A stretch of DNA of 39,290 nt from Gallionella sp. (GTDB lineage: Bacteria > Pseudomonadota > Gammaproteobacteria > Burkholderiales > Gallionellaceae), in NCBI GenBank assembly GCA_029850565.1, contig JARCRR010000039.1, forward strand, positions 1 through 39,290. The letters run 5' to 3'. A program made the translations under genes and the position numbers. Positions 16,566-26,183 of this stretch are shown in pieces; the stretch's first letter is position 1; each line of letters begins with the position of its first letter. The notes under the pieces were generated by a model that was not told the DNA's origin, did not search any database, and saw nothing but the letters and a program-made list of their open reading frames with translations.

Positions 16566-17282
16566 ATGAAGAAACTGCTCGTATTGGCTGCCGCTTTAGG
16601 TATTGCTCAACCAGCGATGGCAGGTAGCATCAACCTCAGCACTCTCGGCGGCGTACAGTCCGATTTCCGCAACCTGTCTGAAGACCTCGGCTCTGCGCTC
16701 AGCTACAAAGCCATCTCTCCGGCAGAATCCATGGGCATCACCGGTTTTGATGTGGGCTTGGAACTCACTAGCACCAAGCTAGCCAAGAGCGCTTCATTGT
16801 GGAAGACCCTCAGCGGAACAGACATCAGCAACTTGTATGTTCCCAAGGTACATGTCACCAAAGGCCTGCCTTTGGACATCGATATCGGTGCATTCGCTTC
16901 CACCATCCCAACGACTGGTATCAGCCTGTTCGGTGGCGAGTTGAAATACGCCGTTCTGCCTGGCAGTGTGGCGATGCCTGCTGTTGCGATCCGTGGCTCG
17001 TTGACTTCATTGACGGGCATCAAACAACTGACTCTGGATACCAAGTCGGTTGATGTATCGGTTTCCAAGGGCTTCGCCATGTTCACGCCCTATGCCGGTA
17101 TCGGCCAAGTTTGGACCACTAGCACACCCGATGCGGCATTGGGATTGAAAGCTGAGAAATTCACACAGAGCAAGATGTTTGTTGGCGGCAACCTGAACTT
17201 TGGCCTGACCAACTTCGCGGCCGAGTACGACAAGACAGGCGCAGCAGCTTCGTACAACTTCAAGCTGGGTTTCCGTTTCTAA
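16566..17282 (+). CDS. Exported probable outer-membrane beta-barrel protein
   Basis: Signal peptide ending AMA; amphipathic strands; C-terminal YNFKLGFRF aromatic terminus. Confidence 0.75.
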   Translation: MKKLLVLAAALGIAQPAMAGSINLSTLGGVQSDFRNLSEDLGSALSYKAISPAESMGITGFDVGLELTSTKLAKSASLWKTLSGTDISNLYVPKVHVTKGLPLDIDIGAFASTIPTTGISLFGGELKYAVLPGSVAMPAVAIRGSLTSLTGIKQLTLDTKSVDVSVSKGFAMFTPYAGIGQVWTTSTPDAALGLKAEKFTQSKMFVGGNLNFGLTNFAAEYDKTGAAASYNFKLGFRF

Positions 17283-17309
17283 AATAGGCCTCTGCCGCAA
17301 GGGAATGTC

Positions 17310-18209
17310 ATGCTGACCTCCTTGCGGCATCAATATACGCAACTCATCACTTCCGGCGGACAGCTCTTATTGCTGTTCGCCGGTTTTCAATTGGAATCCA
17401 GCTTGGCCTGGTATTGGTGCCTGGGCATCATGGCAGTCGTCAGTCTGTTCGCATGGTTCTCCGTATTGCACAGACTGCGACTCATCAACGGCACACCCAC
17501 ATCGCGCATCGCTTCTGCCGCACAAGGTTACGTAGAACTGCTGGGGGATGCAGTACCCCATGGCTCACCGATACTCGGCAAATATTCCAATCTGCCCTGC
17601 CTGTGGTATCGCTACAAGGTGGAACGCAAGAATCACAAGAACGAGTGGCACACCGAGAGTACGGGCGAAAGCGACGCCCCCTTTCTGATCGACGATGGCA
17701 CAGCAAGTTGCGTGGTCGATCCGCAGGGTGCTGAGATCATCAGCCAACACGAAGACACTTGGCAGGTGGCCGATCGCCGCTACACCGAATGGAAGATTCT
17801 GGAGAGAGATGAAGTATATGCGCTGGGCGAATTCAAGACCGCGGGTGGCAGCACGACCCCCCTCACCCAGAATGACTTGGTGATACAGGTGTTGAACGAA
17901 TGGAAGATGGACAACGAGAACCTGCTCAAGCGATTCGACCTGAACAACAACGGCGTCTTGGACTTGAACGAGTGGATGTTGGCACGCCAAGCGGCAAAAC
18001 GTGAAGCCAACAAACGTTTGGCAAAAGCCCGCGCCGAACCCGACATTCACTTCATGCTCAAACCACGCGACGGACGCTTGTTCCTGCTCAGCAATCTGTC
18101 TCCAGAGCAGCTCTCCGGTCGCTATGCGCTGTGGACATGGTTGCATCTGGCGATCTTCTTCGGTGCTTTGCTCGGCATCGTGTGGCTGATGCAACAGCCT
18201 GCGTTCTAA
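17310..18209 (+). CDS. GIDE-domain-like membrane protein with EF-hand-like loop
   Basis: TPTSRIASAAQGYVEL, CLWYRYKVE and VDPQGAEI; DLNNNGVLDLNEW loop; terminal TM segments; near lemA. Confidence 0.7.
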   Translation: MLTSLRHQYTQLITSGGQLLLLFAGFQLESSLAWYWCLGIMAVVSLFAWFSVLHRLRLINGTPTSRIASAAQGYVELLGDAVPHGSPILGKYSNLPCLWYRYKVERKNHKNEWHTESTGESDAPFLIDDGTASCVVDPQGAEIISQHEDTWQVADRRYTEWKILERDEVYALGEFKTAGGSTTPLTQNDLVIQVLNEWKMDNENLLKRFDLNNNGVLDLNEWMLARQAAKREANKRLAKARAEPDIHFMLKPRDGRLFLLSNLSPEQLSGRYALWTWLHLAIFFGALLGIVWLMQQPAF

Positions 18210-18309
18210 TACACATCCGCCAGATTGATGGTGGGTGCGGATCGGCTCACCATAGAACGCATCGGCTAGAAATCAGTGAAATCCGCTTTGAAGAGAGGCG
18301 GAAATAGCG

Positions 18310-18726
18310 TCACTCAGACTTGTTTGAAAAGACTTTGGCACAAATGTACGCTCCTACGAATACTTCCAACAAACTCAGCGGAATGGCGTAGGTGAGTATC
18401 CCGCCGGGTAACACGTTCAGATTCCAAGCGACGATCCACATCAACACGAATCCGACGAGCCAACCGATGAGCGTGGTTTGCAGAAGATCGAATCTTCTGG
18501 AAATGACAAAGATGGCGGTGGCGAACAGGAAGCCCCATAAGACCCACATCATTCCATTGTGCGGCGCGGAGGGAAATGTCATACCGAGCGACTGGTAATG
18601 CCCTGTCCAGAACGATTTCAGAAGGACTTCATTTCGAAAGAACTCGGATGCGTTCACCCAAATACCAGTGAGCGCCACTGCAAGGATGTTTCGGGATCGC
18701 AGATTCATTTTGACTCGTTCTGCCAC
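18310..18726 (-). CDS. Hypothetical membrane protein (about 4 TM)
   Basis: Hydrophobic ORF directly after the cobD-like stop; start is GTG 18726 or ATG 18708. Confidence 0.7.
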   Translation of the reverse strand: MAERVKMNLRSRNILAVALTGIWVNASEFFRNEVLLKSFWTGHYQSLGMTFPSAPHNGMMWVLWGFLFATAIFVISRRFDLLQTTLIGWLVGFVLMWIVAWNLNVLPGGILTYAIPLSLLEVFVGAYICAKVFSNKSE

Positions 18727-19662
18727 TTACCCTAATAGATGCGCCACCGTCAGCATCAACAGCACGATCAGCTGGAACACCAATGCGCGCCACACGAGGC
18801 CGATGGCACTCTGCATGTAATCAACATCGGCATCGTCGCCTGTGCCGATCTCGGGACGGAACACGGGTCCCTGGTCTTGCACGATGGTTTGCCCCAACTT
18901 CACACCGAGTGCTCCTGCGCCGCTGGCAAGGAGGATGCCCGCTTCCGGATCAGGCCACGTCGCGGCTTGATTGCGCCAGCAGTAGGCGGTGTCTTCGAAA
19001 TTGCCGACGATGGCGAAGGTGATGGCAGTAAAACGCAGCGGTAACCATTCCATGACGTGGTGCGCCTGCCGTGCGAACGCGCCGAAGTCGCCGAACTCCG
19101 CTTCGTCTTGCGTGCCCCAGCGCCCACCCAGAAACAGTGCGAGACGATACAGGATGGCACCGATCGGCCCCAAGCCCAGCATCATGAAGATGACGAACCA
19201 GAACACCACGCCGAACACATTGCGATGAGAACACAACAGCGCTTGCTCTATGGTGACGCGCGCCACTTCTTCGCTGCTCAATTCGCGGCAGGATCTGCCG
19301 CTCCATACGCTCAGCAGGTCGCGCGCTTTGTCCGGCTGGTTATCGCGCAGAGCTTTGTGGATGTCGGTGTAGTAGTGACTGAACTGGCGGAAGCCCATGG
19401 TGAGGTAAAGCACCAATACGCTGAACGCCCAGGCAAAGATGGGATGTGCGCCCAACAACACCCAGTGGATGGCGGTGACCAGAAGTAGCGGCGCGGCCAA
19501 TGCGAGCATCCATGCGATGCGGCCATGCTTTTTTTCTCCAGCATTGAAGTTGCGCTGAAAGAAGTCGACATACGCAAAAATCCATGTATAGAGGTATTTA
19601 CGCGATGACAGCGGATGGACTTGTTCCAGCAGGAAAGCGGCGATCAAAGAGAGCAGGCTCAT
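18727..19662 (-). CDS. CobD/CbiB family membrane protein
   Basis: GPIGAILYRL, EWLPLRFTA, ASGAGALGVKLG and SAIGLVWRAL. A role in cobalamin synthesis is not established from the sequence alone. Confidence 0.82.
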   Translation of the reverse strand: MSLLSLIAAFLLEQVHPLSSRKYLYTWIFAYVDFFQRNFNAGEKKHGRIAWMLALAAPLLLVTAIHWVLLGAHPIFAWAFSVLVLYLTMGFRQFSHYYTDIHKALRDNQPDKARDLLSVWSGRSCRELSSEEVARVTIEQALLCSHRNVFGVVFWFVIFMMLGLGPIGAILYRLALFLGGRWGTQDEAEFGDFGAFARQAHHVMEWLPLRFTAITFAIVGNFEDTAYCWRNQAATWPDPEAGILLASGAGALGVKLGQTIVQDQGPVFRPEIGTGDDADVDYMQSAIGLVWRALVFQLIVLLMLTVAHLLG

Positions 19663-19726
19663 GGCTTCAATGGGGCATCAGACTCGGATGGAAGCAAAGA
19701 TACCACAAGCGAGACCGCAAGAATTA

Positions 19727-19826
19727 GCCACGGATGAACACGGATGAGCTCTGATGAAAATCACCCCCAACCCACACACCGGATAGCCTCCGGTCTTATC
19801 CGTGGCTATCCGTGTTCATCTGTGGC
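19727..19826. repeat. Long inverted-repeat element (REP/MITE-like) downstream of cysN
   Basis: gccacggatgaacacggat (19727-19745) pairs with atccgtgttcatctgtggc (19808-19826), 18/19; inner hairpin accgga-tagcc-tccggt. Confidence 0.75.
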
Positions 19827-19841
19827 CAAGCAGTTTTTGGA

Positions 19842-21095
19842 TTACGCGATCATCCCGGCAGCGACGGTGTTGTTCGTCGCTTCGTCGATGACGATGAAAC
19901 TGCCTGTCGCGCGGTCGATCTCGTAGCTGTCGAACACCAGCGGTTGCTGCACCTTGATGGCGACACGCACGATGTCGTTCATATTGACCGTTGGATTGGC
20001 GTGTTTCTCCAGCGTGTTCACATCCACGCGGTAGTCGATACTGGAGAACAGGCACTTAGCCGTGCGTGTAGTGTGCTTGACCAAGTATTTGCGGTTCTTA
20101 TCCAAGGGCGACTCCGATAGCCAGCACATCATCGCATCGAATCCCTTTTCCACCTTGGGAGGCAGATGATCGGTTTTGACGATCATGTCGCCGCGAGAGA
20201 TGTCGATCTCGTCTGCCAAAGTGATGGTGACGGATTGCGGCGCGAACGCAGTCTGCAAGTTGCCATCGTAGGTGACGATCTCCTTTACCTTGGTGGTACG
20301 GCCGGAAGGCAGGATAGTGACCTCGTCGCCGACCGATACTTCGCCCGCCTCGATACGTCCGGCGAACCCTCTGAAGTCGTGATGCTCTTCGGACTGCGGG
20401 CGGCACACCCATTGCACCGGAAAACGGAAGTCGCTGGTGTTCACATCGTGATCGATCTCGATACGCTCCAACAGCTCCAGCAATGCAGGGCCTTTGTACC
20501 AATCCAGGCTCTCGCCCCGGTCGACCACCATGTCGCCGTTCAGCGCTGACAAGGGGATGCAATGCACATCGTGCAGATTCAGTTGCGCGGCAAAGGCCTT
20601 GTACTCGGCAACGATCTCGTCGAAGCGCGCTTGCGAGTAATCCACCATGTCCATCTTGTTCACGGCCAGTACCACATGCGGCACACCGACCAGACTGGCG
20701 AGATAGGTATGGCGGCGCGTCTGCGTCAACACGCCTTTGCGCGCATCGATCAAGATGACCACCAGATTCGCGGTGCTCGCGGCCGTCACCATGTTGCGCG
20801 TGTACTGCTCATGCCCCGGCGTGTCGCCGATGATGAACTTGCGCTTGGGCGTGGCGAAGTAGCGATACGCCACGTCGATGGTGATGCCCTGCTCGCGCTC
20901 GGCTTGCAGACCGTCGGTGAGTAGCGACAGATCGACCGCCGCCATGCCGCGCTTCTCGCTGGTCTTTGAGATGGCCGAGAACTGGTCCTCGAAGATGGAT
21001 TTCGAGTCGTGCAGCAGGCGGCCGATGAGCGTGCTCTTGCCGTCGTCCACGCTGCCCGCGGTGATGAAACGTAGTAGTTGTGTAGTGTTGCTCAT
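19842..21095 (-). CDS. cysN: Sulfate adenylyltransferase subunit 1
   Basis: [27 protein letters not shown] and NKMD; no fused APS kinase. Confidence 0.97.
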   Translation of the reverse strand: MSNTTQLLRFITAGSVDDGKSTLIGRLLHDSKSIFEDQFSAISKTSEKRGMAAVDLSLLTDGLQAEREQGITIDVAYRYFATPKRKFIIGDTPGHEQYTRNMVTAASTANLVVILIDARKGVLTQTRRHTYLASLVGVPHVVLAVNKMDMVDYSQARFDEIVAEYKAFAAQLNLHDVHCIPLSALNGDMVVDRGESLDWYKGPALLELLERIEIDHDVNTSDFRFPVQWVCRPQSEEHHDFRGFAGRIEAGEVSVGDEVTILPSGRTTKVKEIVTYDGNLQTAFAPQSVTITLADEIDISRGDMIVKTDHLPPKVEKGFDAMMCWLSESPLDKNRKYLVKHTTRTAKCLFSSIDYRVDVNTLEKHANPTVNMNDIVRVAIKVQQPLVFDSYEIDRATGSFIVIDEATNNTVAAGMIA

Positions 21096-21097
21096 GA

Positions 21098-22024
21098 TTA
21101 GAAATATCCTTCTTTTTTACGCAGCTCCATCGATGCATCCGAGGTCTGGTCGTCCATACGGGTCGCGCCACGTTCGGTGATGCGAGTGGCCGCGGTCTCT
21201 TCGATGATCTCCTCCACCGTGCTTGCCGTGGATTCCACGGGGGCGGTACAGGTCATGTCACCCACGGTGCGGAAACGTACCGAGACCACTTCCACTTTCT
21301 CGCCCGGTTTGGGTTGCACCAGATGCGATACGGGGATGACATTGCCGCCGCGACGGATGACTTCGCGTTCATGCGCGTAGTAGATGCTGGGGATGAACAA
21401 CTTCTCGCGCCCGATGTATTGCCAGATGTCCATCTCGGTCCAGTTGCTGATGGGGAACACGCGGATGTTCTCGCCGGCATGCACGCGGGTGTTGTAGGTG
21501 TCCCACAACTCCGGACGCTGGTTCTTCGGATCCCATTGGCCGAACTCGTCGCGGAAGGAAAAGATACGTTCCTTGGCTCGCGCCTTTTCCTCGTCGCGCC
21601 GTGCACCGCCCATGCAGGCATCGAAGCCGAACTCGGCGATGGTCTCCAGCAGCGTCACCGATTGGAACGGATTGCGCGGCTTGCTCTCATCCTTGATGAC
21701 GATGCTGCCGCGCTTGATGGAATCCTCCAGCGAACGCACGATGAGGCGCTCTCCCAAGTCTGCCGCCAGCTTGTCGCGGCAGGCAATCACCTCGGGGAAG
21801 TTGTGCTCGGTGTCGATGTGCACCAGCGGAAACGGGAACTTCGCCGGACGGAACGCCTTCTCTGCCAGGCGCAACATGACGATGGAATCCTTGCCGCCCG
21901 AGAACAGCAATGCGGGGTTTTTGCACTCGGCCGCGACCTCGCGCATGATGTGGATGGACTCGCTCTCCAGCGTATCCAGATGTGACAGTGTGTGTGCGCT
22001 CATATTCTTCTCTACCAGTTTCAT
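21098..22024 (-). CDS. cysD: Sulfate adenylyltransferase subunit 2
   Basis: [23 protein letters not shown] and RKKEGYF. Confidence 0.97.
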   Translation of the reverse strand: MKLVEKNMSAHTLSHLDTLESESIHIMREVAAECKNPALLFSGGKDSIVMLRLAEKAFRPAKFPFPLVHIDTEHNFPEVIACRDKLAADLGERLIVRSLEDSIKRGSIVIKDESKPRNPFQSVTLLETIAEFGFDACMGGARRDEEKARAKERIFSFRDEFGQWDPKNQRPELWDTYNTRVHAGENIRVFPISNWTEMDIWQYIGREKLFIPSIYYAHEREVIRRGGNVIPVSHLVQPKPGEKVEVVSVRFRTVGDMTCTAPVESTASTVEEIIEETAATRITERGATRMDDQTSDASMELRKKEGYF

Positions 22025-22059
22025 TTTCGTTCCTTTGCTGTATCAGCCCCGGCCATCCG

Positions 22060-22791
22060 CTAGATGGCCGCACCTTCGGTCAGCACCAGTTGCTCGTTGC
22101 GTTTGCTGCGATGGACGTGCAGTCCGCATTCCTTGTGCGCCGGATCTTCCCACCACCAGCGCCCGGCACGTATGTCCTCTCCCGGTGTAATCGCGCGCGT
22201 GCAAGGCGCGCAACCCAGGCTGGGGTAGAACTGGTCGTGCAATTCGTTGTACGGGACATCGTATTGGCGGATGTAGGCCCACACGTCCTTGTTCGACCAA
22301 TCCAACAACGGGTTGAATTTCTGCAAGCCGTTGTCTGCATCGAAGGATGATACCTCCAGTGTGCCGCGCGTCACCGCCTGGTCGCGGCGCATACCGGTGA
22401 TCCATGCATCCTTTCCCTTCAATGCACGGCGCAACGGTTCCACCTTGCGCACATAGCAGCAGCCCTTGCGGTTCTCCACGCCGTCGTAGAAGCCGTTGAT
22501 ACCGTGCTGCGTGACATACTCCTCGACCAATTTGCTGTCCGGAAAATAGACATGCAGCTGGATCGTGTATTGCTGGCTCACTTCCTGGATCAGGTCGTAG
22601 GTCTCTTTCGGCAAGCGGCCCGTATCTAGACTGAACATCGCGATGCCGAGTCGGTTCTTGGCGATGATGTCGGTCAGCACCATATCTTCCGCGCCAAGAC
22701 TGTTGGCGAACACGACTTGCTGAAATTCGCTCGTTGCCTGTTTCAGCACAGCCACGGTGGCGTCAATCTTCTCTTGCAATGTACTCATCAT
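22060..22791 (-). CDS. cysH: APS reductase, [4Fe-4S] type (CysH family)
   Basis: LDTGRL, CC pair (GCCYVRKVEP), SLGCAPCT and ECGLH. Confidence 0.95.
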   Translation of the reverse strand: MMSTLQEKIDATVAVLKQATSEFQQVVFANSLGAEDMVLTDIIAKNRLGIAMFSLDTGRLPKETYDLIQEVSQQYTIQLHVYFPDSKLVEEYVTQHGINGFYDGVENRKGCCYVRKVEPLRRALKGKDAWITGMRRDQAVTRGTLEVSSFDADNGLQKFNPLLDWSNKDVWAYIRQYDVPYNELHDQFYPSLGCAPCTRAITPGEDIRAGRWWWEDPAHKECGLHVHRSKRNEQLVLTEGAAI

Positions 22792-23300
22792 GCGACTCCT
22801 CTTGCTACGCGATTGAACAAAGGCGCTGCGACATCCACCGATGCCTGGTATTTCACTGAGAACGTATCGAATCCTGACAGCGCCCTCTGCAGGTTTTGAT
22901 CCGCACGCAGGGCGAAACTGTCGAAGCCCACGCGTTTCAGGTAGGACAACTGGTCCAGCAACACATCCCCCATCGCACGCAGTTCGCCGCGATAGCCGTA
23001 TTGCTTGCGCAGTCGGTAGGCCAGCGTGTAGCCGCGCCCATCGGTGAATTTATGGATATCGATGGCGATCACCGGGAAGCGGTTCACGTCATCCGGAATA
23101 TCCTCTGCACGCTCCAACCCGCCCAGCCACAGTCCCAGCTCGCGACGTCCGCACAAGGCTTCCCACTGGCAGTTCCACACCGGCAACGGCACCAGATAGT
23201 TGCCTTGCGGCACCGCGATGCTGTCGGCCGCATCGCCTTCGTGCAGGCGCAACACCTGCCAGCTATCGTTCACCACTTGCTTGTCTTTGATGATCTCCAT
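22788..23300 (-). CDS. DUF934 family protein (sulfite-reductase associated)
   Basis: FTDGRGYTLAYRLR...GELRAMGDVLLDQL...RVGFDSF; lies between cysI and cysH. Confidence 0.88.
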   Translation of the reverse strand: MEIIKDKQVVNDSWQVLRLHEGDAADSIAVPQGNYLVPLPVWNCQWEALCGRRELGLWLGGLERAEDIPDDVNRFPVIAIDIHKFTDGRGYTLAYRLRKQYGYRGELRAMGDVLLDQLSYLKRVGFDSFALRADQNLQRALSGFDTFSVKYQASVDVAAPLFNRVARGVA

Positions 23301-25046
23301 TTAGAACCTCGGCGAAAAATAGGGCAGTTCGTATGGCACACCCACTTGCAATGCCTCGTAGTCCGGCAACAACAGCTTCGCTTCTTCCGCCACCTGCTCG
23401 GCATAGACGAATGTCTTGAACGGTTCGTGGCCGATCCGGCGTAACGTATCGATGAAGCGCTCGCCCTCGTCACGCTCACGCACATAAACTTGCAACAGCC
23501 GCGAGATCACTTCAGGGATCTGCGCGAACGAGAACGAGCGGCCGATGATCTTGCCGATGGCAGCGGGCGTGCCTTTGTTGCCGCCTATGGTCACTTGGTA
23601 CCACTCCTCACCCGACTTATCCACGCCGAGGATGCCGATGTGCGCCACATGATGGTGGCCGCAGGCGTTCACGCAACCCGAGATGTTGAGGTCGATGTCG
23701 CCGATGTCGTGCAGAAAGTCGTAATCCTCGAAGCGCTCATTGATAGCCTTGGCCAGCGAGATAGACCGCGCGTTGGCCAGCGTGCAGAAATCCGCGCCGG
23801 GGCAGCACACGATGTCGGTCAGCAGGCCAATGTTCGGTGTCGCCAGTCCAGCCGCTTTCGCTTCCTGCCACAGCGCATATAGCTCGGACTGCTTTACGTC
23901 GGCCAGCACCAGGTTCTGCAAGTGCGAGATACGCAACTCGCCGAAACTGTAGTGATCGGCCAGTGCGGCCACCACGTCGAGCTGGTCGGCGCTGATGTCG
24001 CCGGGTGCCTGACCGGGGTGCTTGAGTGACAACCACACGGCGGCATAGCCATCCACTTTGTGTGCCGTGACGTTGCGCCGCACCCAGTTGGCGAATGCCT
24101 TGTCGTCACGCTGTGCCGCCTCGAAAGAAGCATCGAGCTGCGGCAAGATCTCGTAGGCAGGTGTGCTGAATGCTGCCGTCACGCGCGCCACTTCGGCTGC
24201 GGTCAGCGTCGAAGGACCGTCCTTGTGCAACTGCCATTCCGCTTCCACCTGACGGCGGAATTCGTCGATGCCGATGGCCTGCACCAAGATCTTGATGCGC
24301 GCCTTGTACAGATTGTCGCGACGCCCGAATTCGTTATACACACGCACGATGGCTTCCAGATAAGTCAGCAGGTGCTGCCACGGCAGGAAGGCGACAAGTT
24401 CCTGACCGATGATGGGGGTGCGGCCCAATCCGCCGCCGACCAAGATGCGGAAGCCCAGTTCGCCCTGTGCGTTCTTCAGCACTTGCACGCCAACATCGTT
24501 GATCTCGGTCGCGGCTCTGTCTTCGCTCGCACCGCTGACCGATACCTTGAACTTGCGTGGCAGGAAGGCGAACTCCGGATGGAAGGTGCTCCACTGGCGC
24601 AATATCTCGGCGAAGGGACGCGGGTCGGTGACCTCGTCGCGCACGACACCTGCCAGCTCGTCCGAAGTGATGCTGCGGATGCAACTACCGGAAGTCTGGT
24701 TGGCGTGCATCTCGACCGTGGCGAGTTCAGCCAAGATCTCGGGCGTGTCTTCCAGACGCAGCCAGTTGAACTGGATGTTCTGGCGCGTGCTGAGATGGCC
24801 GTAGCCGCGATCATAGGTGCGCGCGATGTGCGCCAGTTTGTGCACCTGTGCGCTACTTGCCAGGCCATAAGGAATGGCGATACGCATCATGTAGCCATGC
24901 ACTTGCATGTAGATGCCGTTCTGCAAACGCAACACGCGGAAATCATCTTCCTTCAGTTCGCCACTCAGTCGACGACGCACCTGGTCGCGGAACTGGTCGA
25001 CGCGCTCGGCGGTCAGTTGGTGATCGAAATCGTCGTAGTGGTACAT
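23301..25046 (-). CDS. cysI: Sulfite reductase hemoprotein (nitrite/sulfite reductase family)
   Basis: STRQNIQ, FLPRKFK, CPGADFC and ISGCVNACG siroheme/4Fe-4S ligands; GGAGG RBS 7 nt before ATG 25046. Confidence 0.93.
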   Translation of the reverse strand: MYHYDDFDHQLTAERVDQFRDQVRRRLSGELKEDDFRVLRLQNGIYMQVHGYMMRIAIPYGLASSAQVHKLAHIARTYDRGYGHLSTRQNIQFNWLRLEDTPEILAELATVEMHANQTSGSCIRSITSDELAGVVRDEVTDPRPFAEILRQWSTFHPEFAFLPRKFKVSVSGASEDRAATEINDVGVQVLKNAQGELGFRILVGGGLGRTPIIGQELVAFLPWQHLLTYLEAIVRVYNEFGRRDNLYKARIKILVQAIGIDEFRRQVEAEWQLHKDGPSTLTAAEVARVTAAFSTPAYEILPQLDASFEAAQRDDKAFANWVRRNVTAHKVDGYAAVWLSLKHPGQAPGDISADQLDVVAALADHYSFGELRISHLQNLVLADVKQSELYALWQEAKAAGLATPNIGLLTDIVCCPGADFCTLANARSISLAKAINERFEDYDFLHDIGDIDLNISGCVNACGHHHVAHIGILGVDKSGEEWYQVTIGGNKGTPAAIGKIIGRSFSFAQIPEVISRLLQVYVRERDEGERFIDTLRRIGHEPFKTFVYAEQVAEEAKLLLPDYEALQVGVPYELPYFSPRF

Positions 25047-25279
25047 CACTGCACCTCCGCTTCCACAAAGGATCTGGACACCGGCAACAGCAGCGCCGCT
25101 GCCAACGGGAACTTCGCGCCGTAGGCAAGGATGTGTGCCACATCGGCCTCTTCATCGTGGCGCAGTGCCGAGCCGATGTAGGCATGCTCGCCCTCTAGGC
25201 CGACCACCACGCCGATGCGCCCGCCGCAGCTGTTGAACCAGCTCACTTGTTTGGGTTTGTTGGGGTTGTTCGCGCTCAT
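25046..25279 (-). CDS. Small hypothetical protein in the cys operon (77 aa)
   Basis: GAAGGA RBS; stop overlaps the cysI start (TGATG); fills the gap between the TauE-family gene and cysI. Confidence 0.75.
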   Translation of the reverse strand: MSANNPNKPKQVSWFNSCGGRIGVVVGLEGEHAYIGSALRHDEEADVAHILAYGAKFPLAAALLLPVSRSFVEAEVQ

Positions 25280-25299
25280 TTCTTTTCCTTCACTTCAAA

Positions 25300-26082
25300 T
25301 CAATTAAAAGCCAGACGAGTGCCGATGATGAGCAACATCACCGCCAAGATCGGGCGCAAAACTTTTTCGGGGACTTTGGCGCTCAGATGGCTGCCGATGT
25401 AGATGCCCGGCAATGAGCCCAGCAACAAGCTGCCCAGCAACACCAAGTCCACCGTACCCAAAGCTAGGTGCCCCAAACCCGCCACTGCGGTGAGCGGCAC
25501 GGCATGGGCGATATCGGTGCCCACCACTTTGACCGCCGACAATCGCGGATAGAGGAACAGCAGTGCCACTGTGCCCAGCACACCAGCACCGATGGAGGAG
25601 ATGGTCACCAGCACGCCGACGATGGCACCCGTGACGATGGTCGCGGCAGGCAGGTGGCGGTGATGCAGTCCGTAGACCGTACCGTCCTCACGTTGCGCGA
25701 CTTTTTTGATCCAGTCTTTCAACAACAGCGCGGCCGCGGTCAGCAACAAGGCGATGCTCAATACACCGGTCACCAATCCTTTCAGCGTCTTCTCGTCCAG
25801 CGCCAAATACTTGAAGAGTGCTATGGTGAATAGCGCTGCGGGCAAGCTGCCCAGACTCAGCAGTCCGACGATCTTCCAGTCCACCGTGCCGTTGCCGCTA
25901 TGCACCCAACCGCCCAGCGCCTTGGTGATGGAGGCGTACAGCAGATCGGTACCGACAGCGGTCGCGGGCGATACGCCGAAGAACAGCACCAGCAGCGGCG
26001 TCATCAACGAACCGCCGCCCACGCCGGTCACACCGACGATCAATCCAACCAGAAAACCCGACAGGGTGTAGAGCCAATCCAT
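25300..26082 (-). CDS. TauE/SafE family sulfur-compound transporter
   Basis: GVTGVGGGSLMTP, AVGTDL, SSIGAG and VGTDIAHAVPL; about 8 TM segments. Confidence 0.92.
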   Translation of the reverse strand: MDWLYTLSGFLVGLIVGVTGVGGGSLMTPLLVLFFGVSPATAVGTDLLYASITKALGGWVHSGNGTVDWKIVGLLSLGSLPAALFTIALFKYLALDEKTLKGLVTGVLSIALLLTAAALLLKDWIKKVAQREDGTVYGLHHRHLPAATIVTGAIVGVLVTISSIGAGVLGTVALLFLYPRLSAVKVVGTDIAHAVPLTAVAGLGHLALGTVDLVLLGSLLLGSLPGIYIGSHLSAKVPEKVLRPILAVMLLIIGTRLAFN

Positions 26083-26183
26083 GTGTCACTCCTCAGATAG
26101 GTGCGCATGGTAGTGGACTGACTTATCTTTATTAAATGGTTATATGTTAGGATGATATAACCATACGTTATTAGGAGGTCGCC

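Noticed and set aside
18210-18309. Terminator or repeat between the convergent genes
   Set aside because: Only short imperfect stems and no U-tract.
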